This document shows positions 37,213 to 46,524 of a DNA stretch of 47,040 bases, piece by piece; the stretch's first letter is position 1, and every line of letters begins with the position of its first letter. This stretch comes from an uncultured Stakelama sp. (lineage in GTDB: Bacteria; Pseudomonadota; Alphaproteobacteria; Sphingomonadales; Sphingomonadaceae). The notes under the pieces were generated by a model. The model saw nothing but the letters and a program-made list of their open reading frames with translations. It was not told the DNA's origin and made no database searches. The position numbers and the translations under genes are program-made. Location of the stretch: the NCBI GenBank assembly GCA_964631905.1, contig CAZWAL010000001.1, positions 1-47,040 on the forward strand, in the 5' to 3' direction.

Positions 37213-37961
37213 CGCTGCACAAGCACCAGATCGACATCGCCCAAGGCCGGGTGACCCAGCGCAACACCGTCGGCCAGTTTGGTGAACGAGAAGCCAGCCG
37301 CCACCGTAGCGTCACGGTCCGGCACCCGCGCGACATCGATCGCCAAGATCGGACGCGCGTCAATCAATGGCATCGGCCCGGTCGCACCCGGCTCGCCGAC
37401 GTCGGCGAGCGCGTGCTGCGCCGGTATCGGCGACGCCTTCATCTTCACGCCGACCATCGTCGCTGCGCCATTAGGATGAGGCGGGCGGTCTGGCGGCCAC
37501 ACTCGCTCCGGCGTGCGATGCGCGCAGAAAAAGCCATAGCCGATAAAACCCAGCGCCGCTTCCAGCTGCAACGTTCGGAATTGCGCGGGCAGCGTGCCGG
37601 TGGACGTCTTCACCGGCCGCTCGAAATCCATCGGCGCGGTCGCCGCGATCCCCTGGCGCGCGAGCCGCGCCGCTGTTGCGTCGGCATCGGGCGTGGCAAA
37701 GGATAAGCCGAGCAGGCCACCACCGGCAGCAATATAATCGCGCTGATACTGGTTCGCGGGCATTGGCGTCGCCACGCCGAGCAGCTCGACATAGCTGTCA
37801 TTGAGCATGATCGTATGATTGGCCGTCCCGAAGATCGGATGCCCACCACGCGGCAGCACGGTAAATCCAAGCGCCGCCATCGCGTCGCGCGCGCCATCGA
37901 GATCGGCGACCAGGATCACGACATGATCAATGATCCGCCCGTCGGACGGCGCCGCGATCAT
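37209..37961 (-). CDS. VOC (glyoxalase-like) family protein
   Basis: IDHVVILV, LGFTV..RGGHP..GTANH, YVELL, HPNGA (Glyoxalase_3-type). Confidence 0.85.
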   Translation of the reverse strand: MIAAPSDGRIIDHVVILVADLDGARDAMAALGFTVLPRGGHPIFGTANHTIMLNDSYVELLGVATPMPANQYQRDYIAAGGGLLGLSFATPDADATAARLARQGIAATAPMDFERPVKTSTGTLPAQFRTLQLEAALGFIGYGFFCAHRTPERVWPPDRPPHPNGAATMVGVKMKASPIPAQHALADVGEPGATGPMPLIDARPILAIDVARVPDRDATVAAGFSFTKLADGVALGHPALGDVDLVLVQR

Positions 37962-38386
37962 CCTGCCTTGCTCGAATAACAGCCGCGGCCGGTCGCGACG
38001 AGACGCTGTTCGGAATCGAACACATCGATATCGACCACCGCCACCGTCTTCCCCGTCCGACGGCTTTCGGCAATGGCGGTCAGCGCAGGGCCGGTTGCGG
38101 GCCGCAGGAAATCGACGCGAAAATTGATCGTCGGGACGCCATGGCCGAGGGCGGCCATCAGCACCATGTCGCCCGCCACATCGATCAGCGTTGCAATCGC
38201 GCCGCCGTGAAACTGGCCGGTGTCGGGCAGCCGCTCGCTCAAGCGACCAATCGGCATGCGCATCGTCAGCGACGTTGCATCAACCGCCGTCACTTCCAAT
38301 CCAAGTTCGCGGTGCAGGACCGTTGTTGCCAGTTCATGGGCCAGAGCATCGATCGTCATCAGCATGGCGGCGCTTCTCCTGATCAA
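37958..38386 (-). CDS. PaaI family thioesterase
   Basis: GQFHGGAIATLIDVAGD, PTINFRVDFLRPA, GKTVAVVD. Confidence 0.9.
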   Translation of the reverse strand: MIRRSAAMLMTIDALAHELATTVLHRELGLEVTAVDATSLTMRMPIGRLSERLPDTGQFHGGAIATLIDVAGDMVLMAALGHGVPTINFRVDFLRPATGPALTAIAESRRTGKTVAVVDIDVFDSEQRLVATGRGCYSSKAG

Positions 38387-39852
38387 TCGCGATCGAGCGC
38401 GGCGGCGACGATCGCGGCTTCGGCCATCAGCATCTGTCGATCGATCTTGTGCGTGCTGGCCAGCGGCAGCGCGTCGCGCAGCACGAAAGCGCGCGGATGG
38501 CTGTAGGCCGGGCCGTTATCGAGCGCGAACCGCTTGAGCGCAGGGCCGTCGGGCTGCGTGCCGACCCGGGGCACGACAAAGGCGACCGGGATCTGCCCCT
38601 TGATGAAATCGGGCGCGGGCACGACGGCTGCCTGCGCGACGTCCGGGTGACGTTCAAGCAGCGTTTCGACTTCTGCCGGGAAGACATTCTCTCCCCCGCA
38701 CACGAACATGTCATCGGCCCGCCCGACGAAGTGGAAGAAGCCGTCGGCATCACGCCGGACGATGTCGCCGGTATCATACCAGCCGTCGTTCAGTTTTTCG
38801 GCGGTAAGATCGGGTTGGTTGAGATACCCCGTCATCACCGCCGGGGTACGCAGCAGCAGCACGCCGTCCGGTCCCCCGCCGGCAATCCGCCATTCGACCC
38901 CCGACGCCGGGCAGCCTAGCGCAGTCAACGGGCGTGGCAGGCCTAGCGGGTGGGGACCGAACACAATCGGCCCGGCCTCGGTCGTGCCATAGCCGTTGGT
39001 CAATTCGGCCTGCGGAAACATCGCCATGATCCGCCGCGCGAGAAGATCGCTGAGTGGCGCAGACCCGATGCTCACCCGCCGCACCGAACTCAGGTCGAGC
39101 GTGGCGATCAGGTCGCTTTCGCGTTCCATCAGCGCAAACATCGTCGGCACGCCGGTCAGCGTGGTCGCGCGCCAGTCGGCAATCGCCTGAAGATAGCTCC
39201 GCGCCTCGAAGCGGAGCAGCGACACCATGCGCGTGGCCTGCGCCAGCGCCATCGTGGAATTATACAGGCCGTTCTTGTGATAGAGCGGCGCGGCGACGAT
39301 CATGCAGTCGTCGGCGGCGGCTGGCGAAAGGCCATGCCGGATCGCCCAGATCTGGCCCTCATGCGACAGCACCACCCCCTTGGGGCGTCCGGTCGAGCCC
39401 GACGTGTAGATGATCTTTGCGGCCTGGCCCGGGACGGGCGCGACACCCTCGAATATACCGTCTTCTGCGCCCGGTGTGATCATCCGCGCAGCAACGCCCG
39501 CAGGTACCAGCGCCTGCCGCTCCGCATCGGCAAAGATCAGCGCGAGATCCGCATCGGTCGCAATAAAATCAATCGTGGCGGAGGGCAGCCGGTAGTTGAG
39601 CGGCACCACGACATGCCCTGCGCGCATGATCGCGAAGTAGGTCTGCAGCGTACCCGCGCCATTCCCGCCGAGCAGCCCGATCCGCGACACAGGCGGCAGG
39701 CCGATCGCGGCAATGTTTGCCGCGATCGAGTCGATCGCACCGTCGAACCCGGCAGCGGTCCAGTAACGGGCGGGGCTCTCCCCCAGGTCGACATAGGCGA
39801 TCCCGCCAGCCGTGCCGCGTGGACGCACAAGCTCTGCCAGATTGTCGATCAT
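38383..39852 (-). CDS. Class I adenylate-forming enzyme (acyl-CoA ligase)
   Basis: YTSGSTGRPKG, GYGTTE, DTGD, GRADDMFVCGGENV. Confidence 0.93.
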   Translation of the reverse strand: MIDNLAELVRPRGTAGGIAYVDLGESPARYWTAAGFDGAIDSIAANIAAIGLPPVSRIGLLGGNGAGTLQTYFAIMRAGHVVVPLNYRLPSATIDFIATDADLALIFADAERQALVPAGVAARMITPGAEDGIFEGVAPVPGQAAKIIYTSGSTGRPKGVVLSHEGQIWAIRHGLSPAAADDCMIVAAPLYHKNGLYNSTMALAQATRMVSLLRFEARSYLQAIADWRATTLTGVPTMFALMERESDLIATLDLSSVRRVSIGSAPLSDLLARRIMAMFPQAELTNGYGTTEAGPIVFGPHPLGLPRPLTALGCPASGVEWRIAGGGPDGVLLLRTPAVMTGYLNQPDLTAEKLNDGWYDTGDIVRRDADGFFHFVGRADDMFVCGGENVFPAEVETLLERHPDVAQAAVVPAPDFIKGQIPVAFVVPRVGTQPDGPALKRFALDNGPAYSHPRAFVLRDALPLASTHKIDRQMLMAEAAIVAAALDRD

Positions 39853-40859
39853 GGACGCAGCAGGATCTTGCCGACGACCTCGCGGTCCTCGAGCATGCGC
39901 TCGGCCTCTGCGGTTTCCTCGAGCGGGAGTACCTTGTCGATCAGCGGATCGAGCCGACCAGCGGCGATCCAGTCCATCAGCTCCACCAGATCCTCCCTGC
40001 CCCAGCCATTCGATCCGATCATCTCATGTTCGAACGTCCACCAGTAGCGCGCATCGACCGCAAGGTCATAGCCGGCCGTCGCCCCGCAGGTAAGGATGCG
40101 GCCACCTTTGGTGACCGACCGCTGGGTATCGAGCATCGTATCCCCACCGGTGAAATTCACCGCGACATCGACACCGCCGCCGCCCGTCGAGCGCGGTTTT
40201 CCGAACAGGTCCTTGACGCCCGCAGCAAAATTGCCGGTCGCGTAGTTGATCAGATGGTCCGCCCCTGCCCCCGCCAGCCGCGCCAGCTTCGCGTCAGTGC
40301 TGGCACATGCGATCACTTCCGCGCCCAATGCCTTGCCGATCTGCACGCACGCCGCGCCCACGCCCCCGCTTGCGCCGAGCACGAGCAGCTTTTCCTCTGC
40401 CTTTAGCCGGCCGCGTGTGACGAGCATCCGGTATGCCGTGCCATAGGCCAGCGGCAGCGCGGCAGCGGCTTCGATGCTGACCTGATCGGGAATCGCCACC
40501 AGCTGGGCATGCGGGACGGCGATATAATCGGCGCGACCACCGTCCTTGGTTTCTCCCAGCATCCCGCCCCGGCCATTCTCGACATAGACGGGATCGATCA
40601 GCACCCGGTCGCCGACCTTCCACTCCCCGACATCGCTGCCGACCGAGGAGATCGTGCCGGCGATGTCCGATCCGACGATCACTGGCAGCGGAATGCTGAT
40701 GCCCGGCATGCCGCGCCGCGTGAAAATGTCATGAAAATTGAGCGCGGTGGCGCCGACGGCCACGATCACCTCGCCCGGCGCTGCGACAGGATCACGATAA
40801 TCATCGACCAGGCGCAGCATGTCCCGCCCGCCATGCCCCATCGTCAGAACCGCTCTCAC
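39849..40859 (-). CDS. MDR / zinc-binding dehydrogenase (quinone oxidoreductase-like)
   Basis: GTG start with AAGGAG RBS; ALNFHD, GSDIAG, GASGGVG, GKILL. Confidence 0.9.
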   Translation of the reverse strand: MRAVLTMGHGGRDMLRLVDDYRDPVAAPGEVIVAVGATALNFHDIFTRRGMPGISIPLPVIVGSDIAGTISSVGSDVGEWKVGDRVLIDPVYVENGRGGMLGETKDGGRADYIAVPHAQLVAIPDQVSIEAAAALPLAYGTAYRMLVTRGRLKAEEKLLVLGASGGVGAACVQIGKALGAEVIACASTDAKLARLAGAGADHLINYATGNFAAGVKDLFGKPRSTGGGGVDVAVNFTGGDTMLDTQRSVTKGGRILTCGATAGYDLAVDARYWWTFEHEMIGSNGWGREDLVELMDWIAAGRLDPLIDKVLPLEETAEAERMLEDREVVGKILLRP

Positions 40860-40985
40860 ACTCTCTCCTTCGGCGCTTGTCGCGAGGCAAGACAGTCGAT
40901 GGCCCGAACCCCGACCGCGACAATAACTGGCACTCCGCCGCATTCGTTATCCAGCGCGGCGGCAAAGTAATGGCGCAGGACCGCG

Positions 40986-42083
40986 CTATCGGTCCCGACT
41001 GGCACCGGCTGTCCGTCTGATCTCGCCGACGGTGAGGGGGTCGACCCGCACCATCGCCGCGCGCAACACGTCCAGGCTGTCGATCGGCGTGGCGGCGATC
41101 AGCGCGTTGTAGATAGCTTCCTCGGTCGCCTCGATCACCGCGGCGAACAGCGGGGACACCGCATCGTTGCCCATTTCATCGACCGCGACGACACCCACCC
41201 GTGACGTCGCCGTACGACGCACGCCGGGATGCACCGAAAAGGCGATCGCATAGTCGCCCGATCCATTGGCGAAGGTCGAACCCGTGCGCGCCACGCCGAA
41301 CATCGCGCGCCGCGCCAGGCGCGTCAGGTTGCGATCCGACAGGGGCGCATCGGTCGCGACGATTACGATGATCGATCCGTCCGCGCTGCCCGTGTCGATA
41401 GCGTCCTTCAGATGATAGCGGCCCAACGCCTTGCCGACCGGGCGACCGTCGATTTGCAGCACGCCGCCATGATTGGCCTGGACCAGTGCGCCGACGGTCC
41501 ACCCGCCGAGCGACGCCGGCAGCACGCGCGAGCTTGTACCGATGCCGCCCTTCCAGTCGAAGGCAACGGTGCCAGTGCCGGCACCGATCGACCCTTCGTG
41601 CACCGGGCCGCCGGTGGCGCTTTCTATTGCCGATACCACGTCTTTGCCCGTCAGGCCGCGATTGCGGATGTCGTTCAGCATGCCATCATTGGTTTCGGCG
41701 ACGACGGCATTGACCGAGCGGACCTGATCATTGCCCGGTTGCGCCAATGTCCAGTCGACCACCGCCTCCACCGCGCGACCAACCGCGAGCGTATTGACGA
41801 GCACGATCGGCGTTTCGATCTCGCCGAGTTCGACCAATTGGGTCGCGCCCGCCAATTTGCCATGGCCATTGCCCACTGCCAGCCCGGCGGGGACACGCTC
41901 GGCAAACAGATTGCCCGCGTGCGGCAGGATGGCGGTGACGCCGGTCCGCGTCGATTCACCCTCGATCCGTGTAACGTGCCCAACACGCACGCCCGCCACA
42001 TCGGTGATCGCATTCAACGGCCCGGGCGCGATCACGCCCGGGTTGATGCCAATGTCGCGTATTCTGATTGGCGGCTTATCCAT
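40986..42083 (-). CDS. P1/S58 family aminopeptidase (DmpA-like)
   Basis: NAITDVAGVRVGH, TGVTAILPH, NGHGK, ETNDG, GAGTG, KGGIGTSSR, autoproteolysis site DG/SIIVIVATDAP, NGSGD. Confidence 0.92.
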   Translation of the reverse strand: MDKPPIRIRDIGINPGVIAPGPLNAITDVAGVRVGHVTRIEGESTRTGVTAILPHAGNLFAERVPAGLAVGNGHGKLAGATQLVELGEIETPIVLVNTLAVGRAVEAVVDWTLAQPGNDQVRSVNAVVAETNDGMLNDIRNRGLTGKDVVSAIESATGGPVHEGSIGAGTGTVAFDWKGGIGTSSRVLPASLGGWTVGALVQANHGGVLQIDGRPVGKALGRYHLKDAIDTGSADGSIIVIVATDAPLSDRNLTRLARRAMFGVARTGSTFANGSGDYAIAFSVHPGVRRTATSRVGVVAVDEMGNDAVSPLFAAVIEATEEAIYNALIAATPIDSLDVLRAAMVRVDPLTVGEIRRTAGASRDR

Positions 42084-42277
42084 TGCGGCATCTCCTGCAG
42101 TCGTGTCGTCCGATATGCGGCCGATCCTCGCAAGCATGGCTTTCCTGCCCCAACATGCTTTCGTCCCCAATCAATGCTGCGGTGGCTTCGCAGCGCCACA
42201 GGTTGGTGCATACTCTCCCGCTCGAATAAAGCGCTGAAGAAGCGCTATCGCTCGCGACCGGCAAAAGGGGAAATGTT

Positions 42278-43183
42278 GTGGGAAAAACACCGGATTGGAC
42301 AGGCGTCTACCCTGCCGCGACCACGCAGTTCGACGCTGAATTCGGGATTGACCTCGCCGCAACGCAAGGCGTGCTCGATGCGCTGATCCGCGACGGCGTG
42401 CACGGCTTGATCGTAATGGGCACGGTCGGCGAAAATAACTCGCTGGTCGCGGACGAAAAGCGCCAAGTCCTCGCCGGTGCGGTTGAGGCGGTTGCCGGGC
42501 GTGTGCCCGTGATTGTCGGCGTATCGGAAATGACGACGCCCGCCGCCGCCGCTTTTGCGCGCGATGCCGAAGCGATCGGCGCGGACGGGCTGATGGTGTT
42601 GCCCGCAATGGTCTATGTGCCGCAGCCCGCTGAACTGCTCGCGCATTTCCGCAGCGTTGCCGCCGCAACGGCGTTGCCGATCATGCTTTACAACAATCCC
42701 CCCGCCTACCGCGTCAACATCGGGATCGAGACGCTGGAGGCGCTGTCGGATGTGCCCAATATCGTGGCGATCAAGGAGTCGGCACCCGACACAAGGCGAT
42801 TTACGGATCTGCACAATGCGCTCGGCGATCGATATCATCTGCTCGCGGGTCTGGACGACGTTGCTCTGGAGGGTCTGTTGTTGGGCGCGACCGGCTGGGT
42901 GTCGGGGCTGACCAACGCCTTCCCGGCGGAATCGGTCGCGCTCGTCGCGGCCGTTGCACGCGGCGATCTGGCGACGGCGCTGGCGATCTATCGCTGGTTC
43001 ATGCCACTGCTGCACCTCGATGCCGATCATGATCTTGTGCAATCGATCAAGCTCGCCGAACAGATCATGGGTCGAGGATCGGAGCGGGTGCGACCGCCGC
43101 GCCTGCCGCTGGCCGGTGCCCGGCGCGATGCGGTGACGGCAATGGTCGAGCGCGCCGCCGCCACCCGCCCCGCGATCGGCTGA
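42278..43183 (+). CDS. DapA-family protein, probable Delta1-pyrroline-4-hydroxy-2-carboxylate deaminase (LhpC-like)
   Basis: WTGVYPAATTQF, GTVGEN, LYNNP, IKES, GLDD; directly upstream of the hydroxyproline epimerase. Confidence 0.85.
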   Translation: MGKTPDWTGVYPAATTQFDAEFGIDLAATQGVLDALIRDGVHGLIVMGTVGENNSLVADEKRQVLAGAVEAVAGRVPVIVGVSEMTTPAAAAFARDAEAIGADGLMVLPAMVYVPQPAELLAHFRSVAAATALPIMLYNNPPAYRVNIGIETLEALSDVPNIVAIKESAPDTRRFTDLHNALGDRYHLLAGLDDVALEGLLLGATGWVSGLTNAFPAESVALVAAVARGDLATALAIYRWFMPLLHLDADHDLVQSIKLAEQIMGRGSERVRPPRLPLAGARRDAVTAMVERAAATRPAIG

Positions 43184-43184
43184 A

Positions 43185-44180
43185 ATGCGCCACCTGTTCT
43201 CCTGCATTGACGGCCACACGGCGGGCAATCCCGTTCGCCTTATCCATGGCGGCGCGCCGTTGCTTCGCGGCGACACGATGAGCGAACGCCGCGCCGATTT
43301 TCTCGCGCATCACGACTGGATCCGCCGCAGCCTGATGTTCGAGCCGCGCGGGCATGACATGATGTCGGGCGGCTTCCTGTATCCACCGTGTTCGGCGGAA
43401 GCGGACGCGGGCGTGCTGTTCGTCGAAACGAGCGGCTGCCTGCCGATGTGCGGGCACGGAACGATCGGCATCGTCACTTTCGCGCTGGAAAACGGGCTGC
43501 TCACCCCACGAACGCCGGGTCGCTTGGTGCTCGACGTGCCCGCCGGGCAAATCGCCGTCGATTATCTCGAGGCCGAAGGGCGGATCACGTCCGTTCGTAT
43601 CCACAATATCGCCAGCTATCTCGCCATGCGCGACCTGGAGGTCGAAACCGAGCTCGGCACGCTACGTTACGACATCGCCTATGGCGGCAATTTCTATGCG
43701 ATCATCGAGCCGCAGCCCGGCTATCCCGGCCTCGACGCGCTCGGCGCGGATCGTCTTGTCGCGATCAGCCGCGCGGCGCGCGCTGCCATCCGCACGCAGG
43801 TCGAGCCGGTTCACCCGACCGACGCCACGATCCGAGGTGTCAGCCATCTGCTTTGGGCGGATGCGCCCACGGGTGACGGAGCCGATGCGCGTAACGCTGT
43901 GTTCTACGGCGACAAGGCGATCGATCGCAGCCCATGCGGCACCGGCACCTCAGCGCGGATGGCGCAACTGGCCGCCCGCGGGCAGCTGTCAGTCGGTGAT
44001 CGCTTCGTTCACGAAAGCTATATCGGCAGCCGCTTTACCGGACGCTTCGAAGCTATGACGATGATCGGCGATGTCGAGGCGATCCTTCCCTCGATCGAGG
44101 GGCAGGCGCATATGACGGGCTATAATCATCTTTGGGTCGATCGGAGCGACCCATTCTGGGCTGGATTTCAGGTCATTTGA
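43185..44180 (+). CDS. 4-hydroxyproline 2-epimerase (proline racemase family)
   Basis: DGHTAGNP, EPRGHDMMSG, both catalytic Cys motifs (MCGH, DRSPCGTG), YGGNFY. Confidence 0.88.
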   Translation: MRHLFSCIDGHTAGNPVRLIHGGAPLLRGDTMSERRADFLAHHDWIRRSLMFEPRGHDMMSGGFLYPPCSAEADAGVLFVETSGCLPMCGHGTIGIVTFALENGLLTPRTPGRLVLDVPAGQIAVDYLEAEGRITSVRIHNIASYLAMRDLEVETELGTLRYDIAYGGNFYAIIEPQPGYPGLDALGADRLVAISRAARAAIRTQVEPVHPTDATIRGVSHLLWADAPTGDGADARNAVFYGDKAIDRSPCGTGTSARMAQLAARGQLSVGDRFVHESYIGSRFTGRFEAMTMIGDVEAILPSIEGQAHMTGYNHLWVDRSDPFWAGFQVI

Positions 44181-45307
44181 TGGTCAAATCACTCGATACC
44201 GACGTGGCAATCATTGGCGGCGGCATCGTGGGGTTTGCGGTCGCCCATTTTCTCGGGGCCCACCGGCATGTAACGGTGCTGGAGATGGAGGCTCAGCCGG
44301 GCTATCATTCTACCGGGCGATCCGCGGCCGTGCTGGTGCAAGCGTATGAAGGTGGCCCGACGCAGGAACTGACCGGGCTCTCACGCGCCTATCTGCTCGC
44401 CGAACAGGCTGCGCTTGCCCCGCATCGCTTGCTTAGTCCGCGTGGCCAATTGGTGATCGCCGATGCCGCGCAGGTCGCCGAACTCGATGAGCAGGCCGCC
44501 AGTTTTGCGGATGTTGCGCATGCGTTCGAGATGATCGACGGTGCCGCGGCGCGGGCGCTTTGTCCGATGCTGCGGCCCGAGGCGGTCGTGCGCGCCCTGT
44601 GGGAGCCGGGCTGCCTGGACATCGATGTCGATGGTTTGCTGCAAGCCTATGTCCGATCGGTGCGGCGTCAGGGAACGGTCATATGCGGCAGCCCCGTTGA
44701 GGCGCTTGATTGGGACGGTGAGGCATGGACCCTATCGACCCCGCAAGGCGCGTTACGCGCGAGCGTCGTCATCAATGCCGCAGGCGGCTGGGCCGGAGCG
44801 ATCGGCGCGCTGGCGGGCGCCGCCGCGATACCCTTGCAACCGACTCTGCGTACGGCGGTCACGATCGATCCGCCTTATGGCGCGGACGCCAGCGGCTGGC
44901 CGTTTGTCGTTACGGTGCAGGAGGATTGCTATTTCAAGCCCGAGGGTGGCCGACTCATGGTCTCGCTCGGCGATGAGCGCCCCTGCGACGCGCACGACGC
45001 CTGGCCCGAGGATATGGACGTGGCGCTCGCGATCGACCGGTTACAGAGCATCGCTGAGATCGAGGTGACACACGTCAATCGCAGCTGGGCCGGGTTGCGT
45101 ACCTTCGCGCCGGATCGCGCGCCGGTGATCGGCTGGGACAGCATTGCGCCCAACTTCTGCTGGGCGGCGGGGCTCGGCGGCTTCGGCGTGCAGACATCGC
45201 CCGCGGTAGGGGCGCTGGTCGCTGGCATCGTGACAGGCGAGGCCAATGCCCGCTTCCCCATCGGTTCGCCGCTGCGCGCAGCCCTGTCACCGGCCCGGTT
45301 CGCATGA
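44180..45307 (+). CDS. FAD-dependent D-amino-acid dehydrogenase, DauA-like (DAO family)
   Basis: IGGGIVG, EAQPGYHSTGRSAA, NAAGGW, YFKPEGG, WAGLRTF, GGFGVQTS, LSPARF recall P. aeruginosa DauA; TGATG overlap with the epimerase. Confidence 0.85.
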   Translation: MVKSLDTDVAIIGGGIVGFAVAHFLGAHRHVTVLEMEAQPGYHSTGRSAAVLVQAYEGGPTQELTGLSRAYLLAEQAALAPHRLLSPRGQLVIADAAQVAELDEQAASFADVAHAFEMIDGAAARALCPMLRPEAVVRALWEPGCLDIDVDGLLQAYVRSVRRQGTVICGSPVEALDWDGEAWTLSTPQGALRASVVINAAGGWAGAIGALAGAAAIPLQPTLRTAVTIDPPYGADASGWPFVVTVQEDCYFKPEGGRLMVSLGDERPCDAHDAWPEDMDVALAIDRLQSIAEIEVTHVNRSWAGLRTFAPDRAPVIGWDSIAPNFCWAAGLGGFGVQTSPAVGALVAGIVTGEANARFPIGSPLRAALSPARFA

Positions 45308-46473
45308 GCCCGCCGCTAATCGCTGCCGATGATGCGCTAGGACTGCTCGCCGTGGTGATGTCGCTGATCGCGCTCTGTCAGCTGCTAGAGCGAACGCGAT
45401 TCGGTCATTACCTGCCTGCACCGATGACGGTGCTTCTTTTCGCCATGCTCATGTCCAACATCGGCGTCCTGCCGACCGGCGGGCCGGTTCATAACGTGGC
45501 GATCAAATTCATCGTGCCACTTGCACTGCCCCTACTGCTCTTCAAGGCCAATCTTCGGCAAGTCGTAAAGGGGATCGATTCGCTGTTGTGGCCCTTTGTC
45601 GTCGCGTCGCTGGCAACCGTTGCGGCAACATTAATCGCCTATCTTGTCGTACCGTTGCGCTCCGAGGGACCGGCCTTCGCTGCAACCAATGCGGCGGGCC
45701 TGCTGGGCGGCAGCGTCAATTACGTGGCCGTCAGCCGCGCGGAAAATCTCTCCGCGACGGGTTTTGCGATCGGCAGTGCCGCCTTCGTCGTGCTTTTCAT
45801 CCCCTATCTGATCCTTCTGCAATGGCTGCCACGGCAGCCCTGGATCGTCAGCCTGTTCGGTCGCTCGCGCGTGCTGGCCGTGGGAACGCAGGAGGTTTCC
45901 GCGCCGTCGGTATCGCCTGATGATCAACCTGCCAGTACGTCAGAAGACGCAGGTCCCTTCGGCCTGATGATGGCGCTGGCGCTGGCCGGCGTGATCGCAG
46001 CGTCAGGCACCCGATTCAGCGCCGCCCTCGGGCATCCCGAATATGCGTTGCTCACCATTACCGCGCTGGCGCTTGTGCTGGCGAATGTCGCGCCGGTGCC
46101 GCTGGCGCGCATTCGCGGCGAAACGTCGATCGCCATGTATCTGCTGATGATCTATTTCACCTTTATGGGGTCGACGGCGGACGCCTCGGTGCTGGTTGCT
46201 CAGGCGGGGCCGTTCACCTGGTTCATCGCGCTCATGGTCCTGCTGCATCTCTTATTGCTGCTGATTGCAGGGTGGCTGTTGCGCATCCCGCTGGTCGAAT
46301 TGCTGCTGGCATCCAATGCCACCGTTGGCGGGCCGGCAACGGCGGCCGCCTATGCCGAAACACTTGGTGCAACCGTGCTGGTGACGCCTGCCGTGCTGAC
46401 CGGCATTCTCGGCTATGCGACAGCCACCTTCGTAGCGCTGGCGCTAGCCGGCGTGCTGAGAGCAATCGGATAA
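45304..46473 (+). CDS. DUF819 family membrane protein (putative transporter)
   Basis: Highly hydrophobic; PLALPLLLFKANLR, GGSVNY, ASNATVGGPATAAA, GILGYA. Confidence 0.82.
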   Translation: MSPPLIAADDALGLLAVVMSLIALCQLLERTRFGHYLPAPMTVLLFAMLMSNIGVLPTGGPVHNVAIKFIVPLALPLLLFKANLRQVVKGIDSLLWPFVVASLATVAATLIAYLVVPLRSEGPAFAATNAAGLLGGSVNYVAVSRAENLSATGFAIGSAAFVVLFIPYLILLQWLPRQPWIVSLFGRSRVLAVGTQEVSAPSVSPDDQPASTSEDAGPFGLMMALALAGVIAASGTRFSAALGHPEYALLTITALALVLANVAPVPLARIRGETSIAMYLLMIYFTFMGSTADASVLVAQAGPFTWFIALMVLLHLLLLLIAGWLLRIPLVELLLASNATVGGPATAAAYAETLGATVLVTPAVLTGILGYATATFVALALAGVLRAIG

Positions 46474-46524
46474 AACAAAATGGTCCTGTTGCTCGTAGGT
46501 GCCAGCCAGTTCTCCATGTCCGAT

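Noticed and set aside
40928-40943. Sigma-54 promoter TGGCAC...GC
   Set aside because: GG-GC spacing is 9 rather than 10, and it faces away from the downstream operon.
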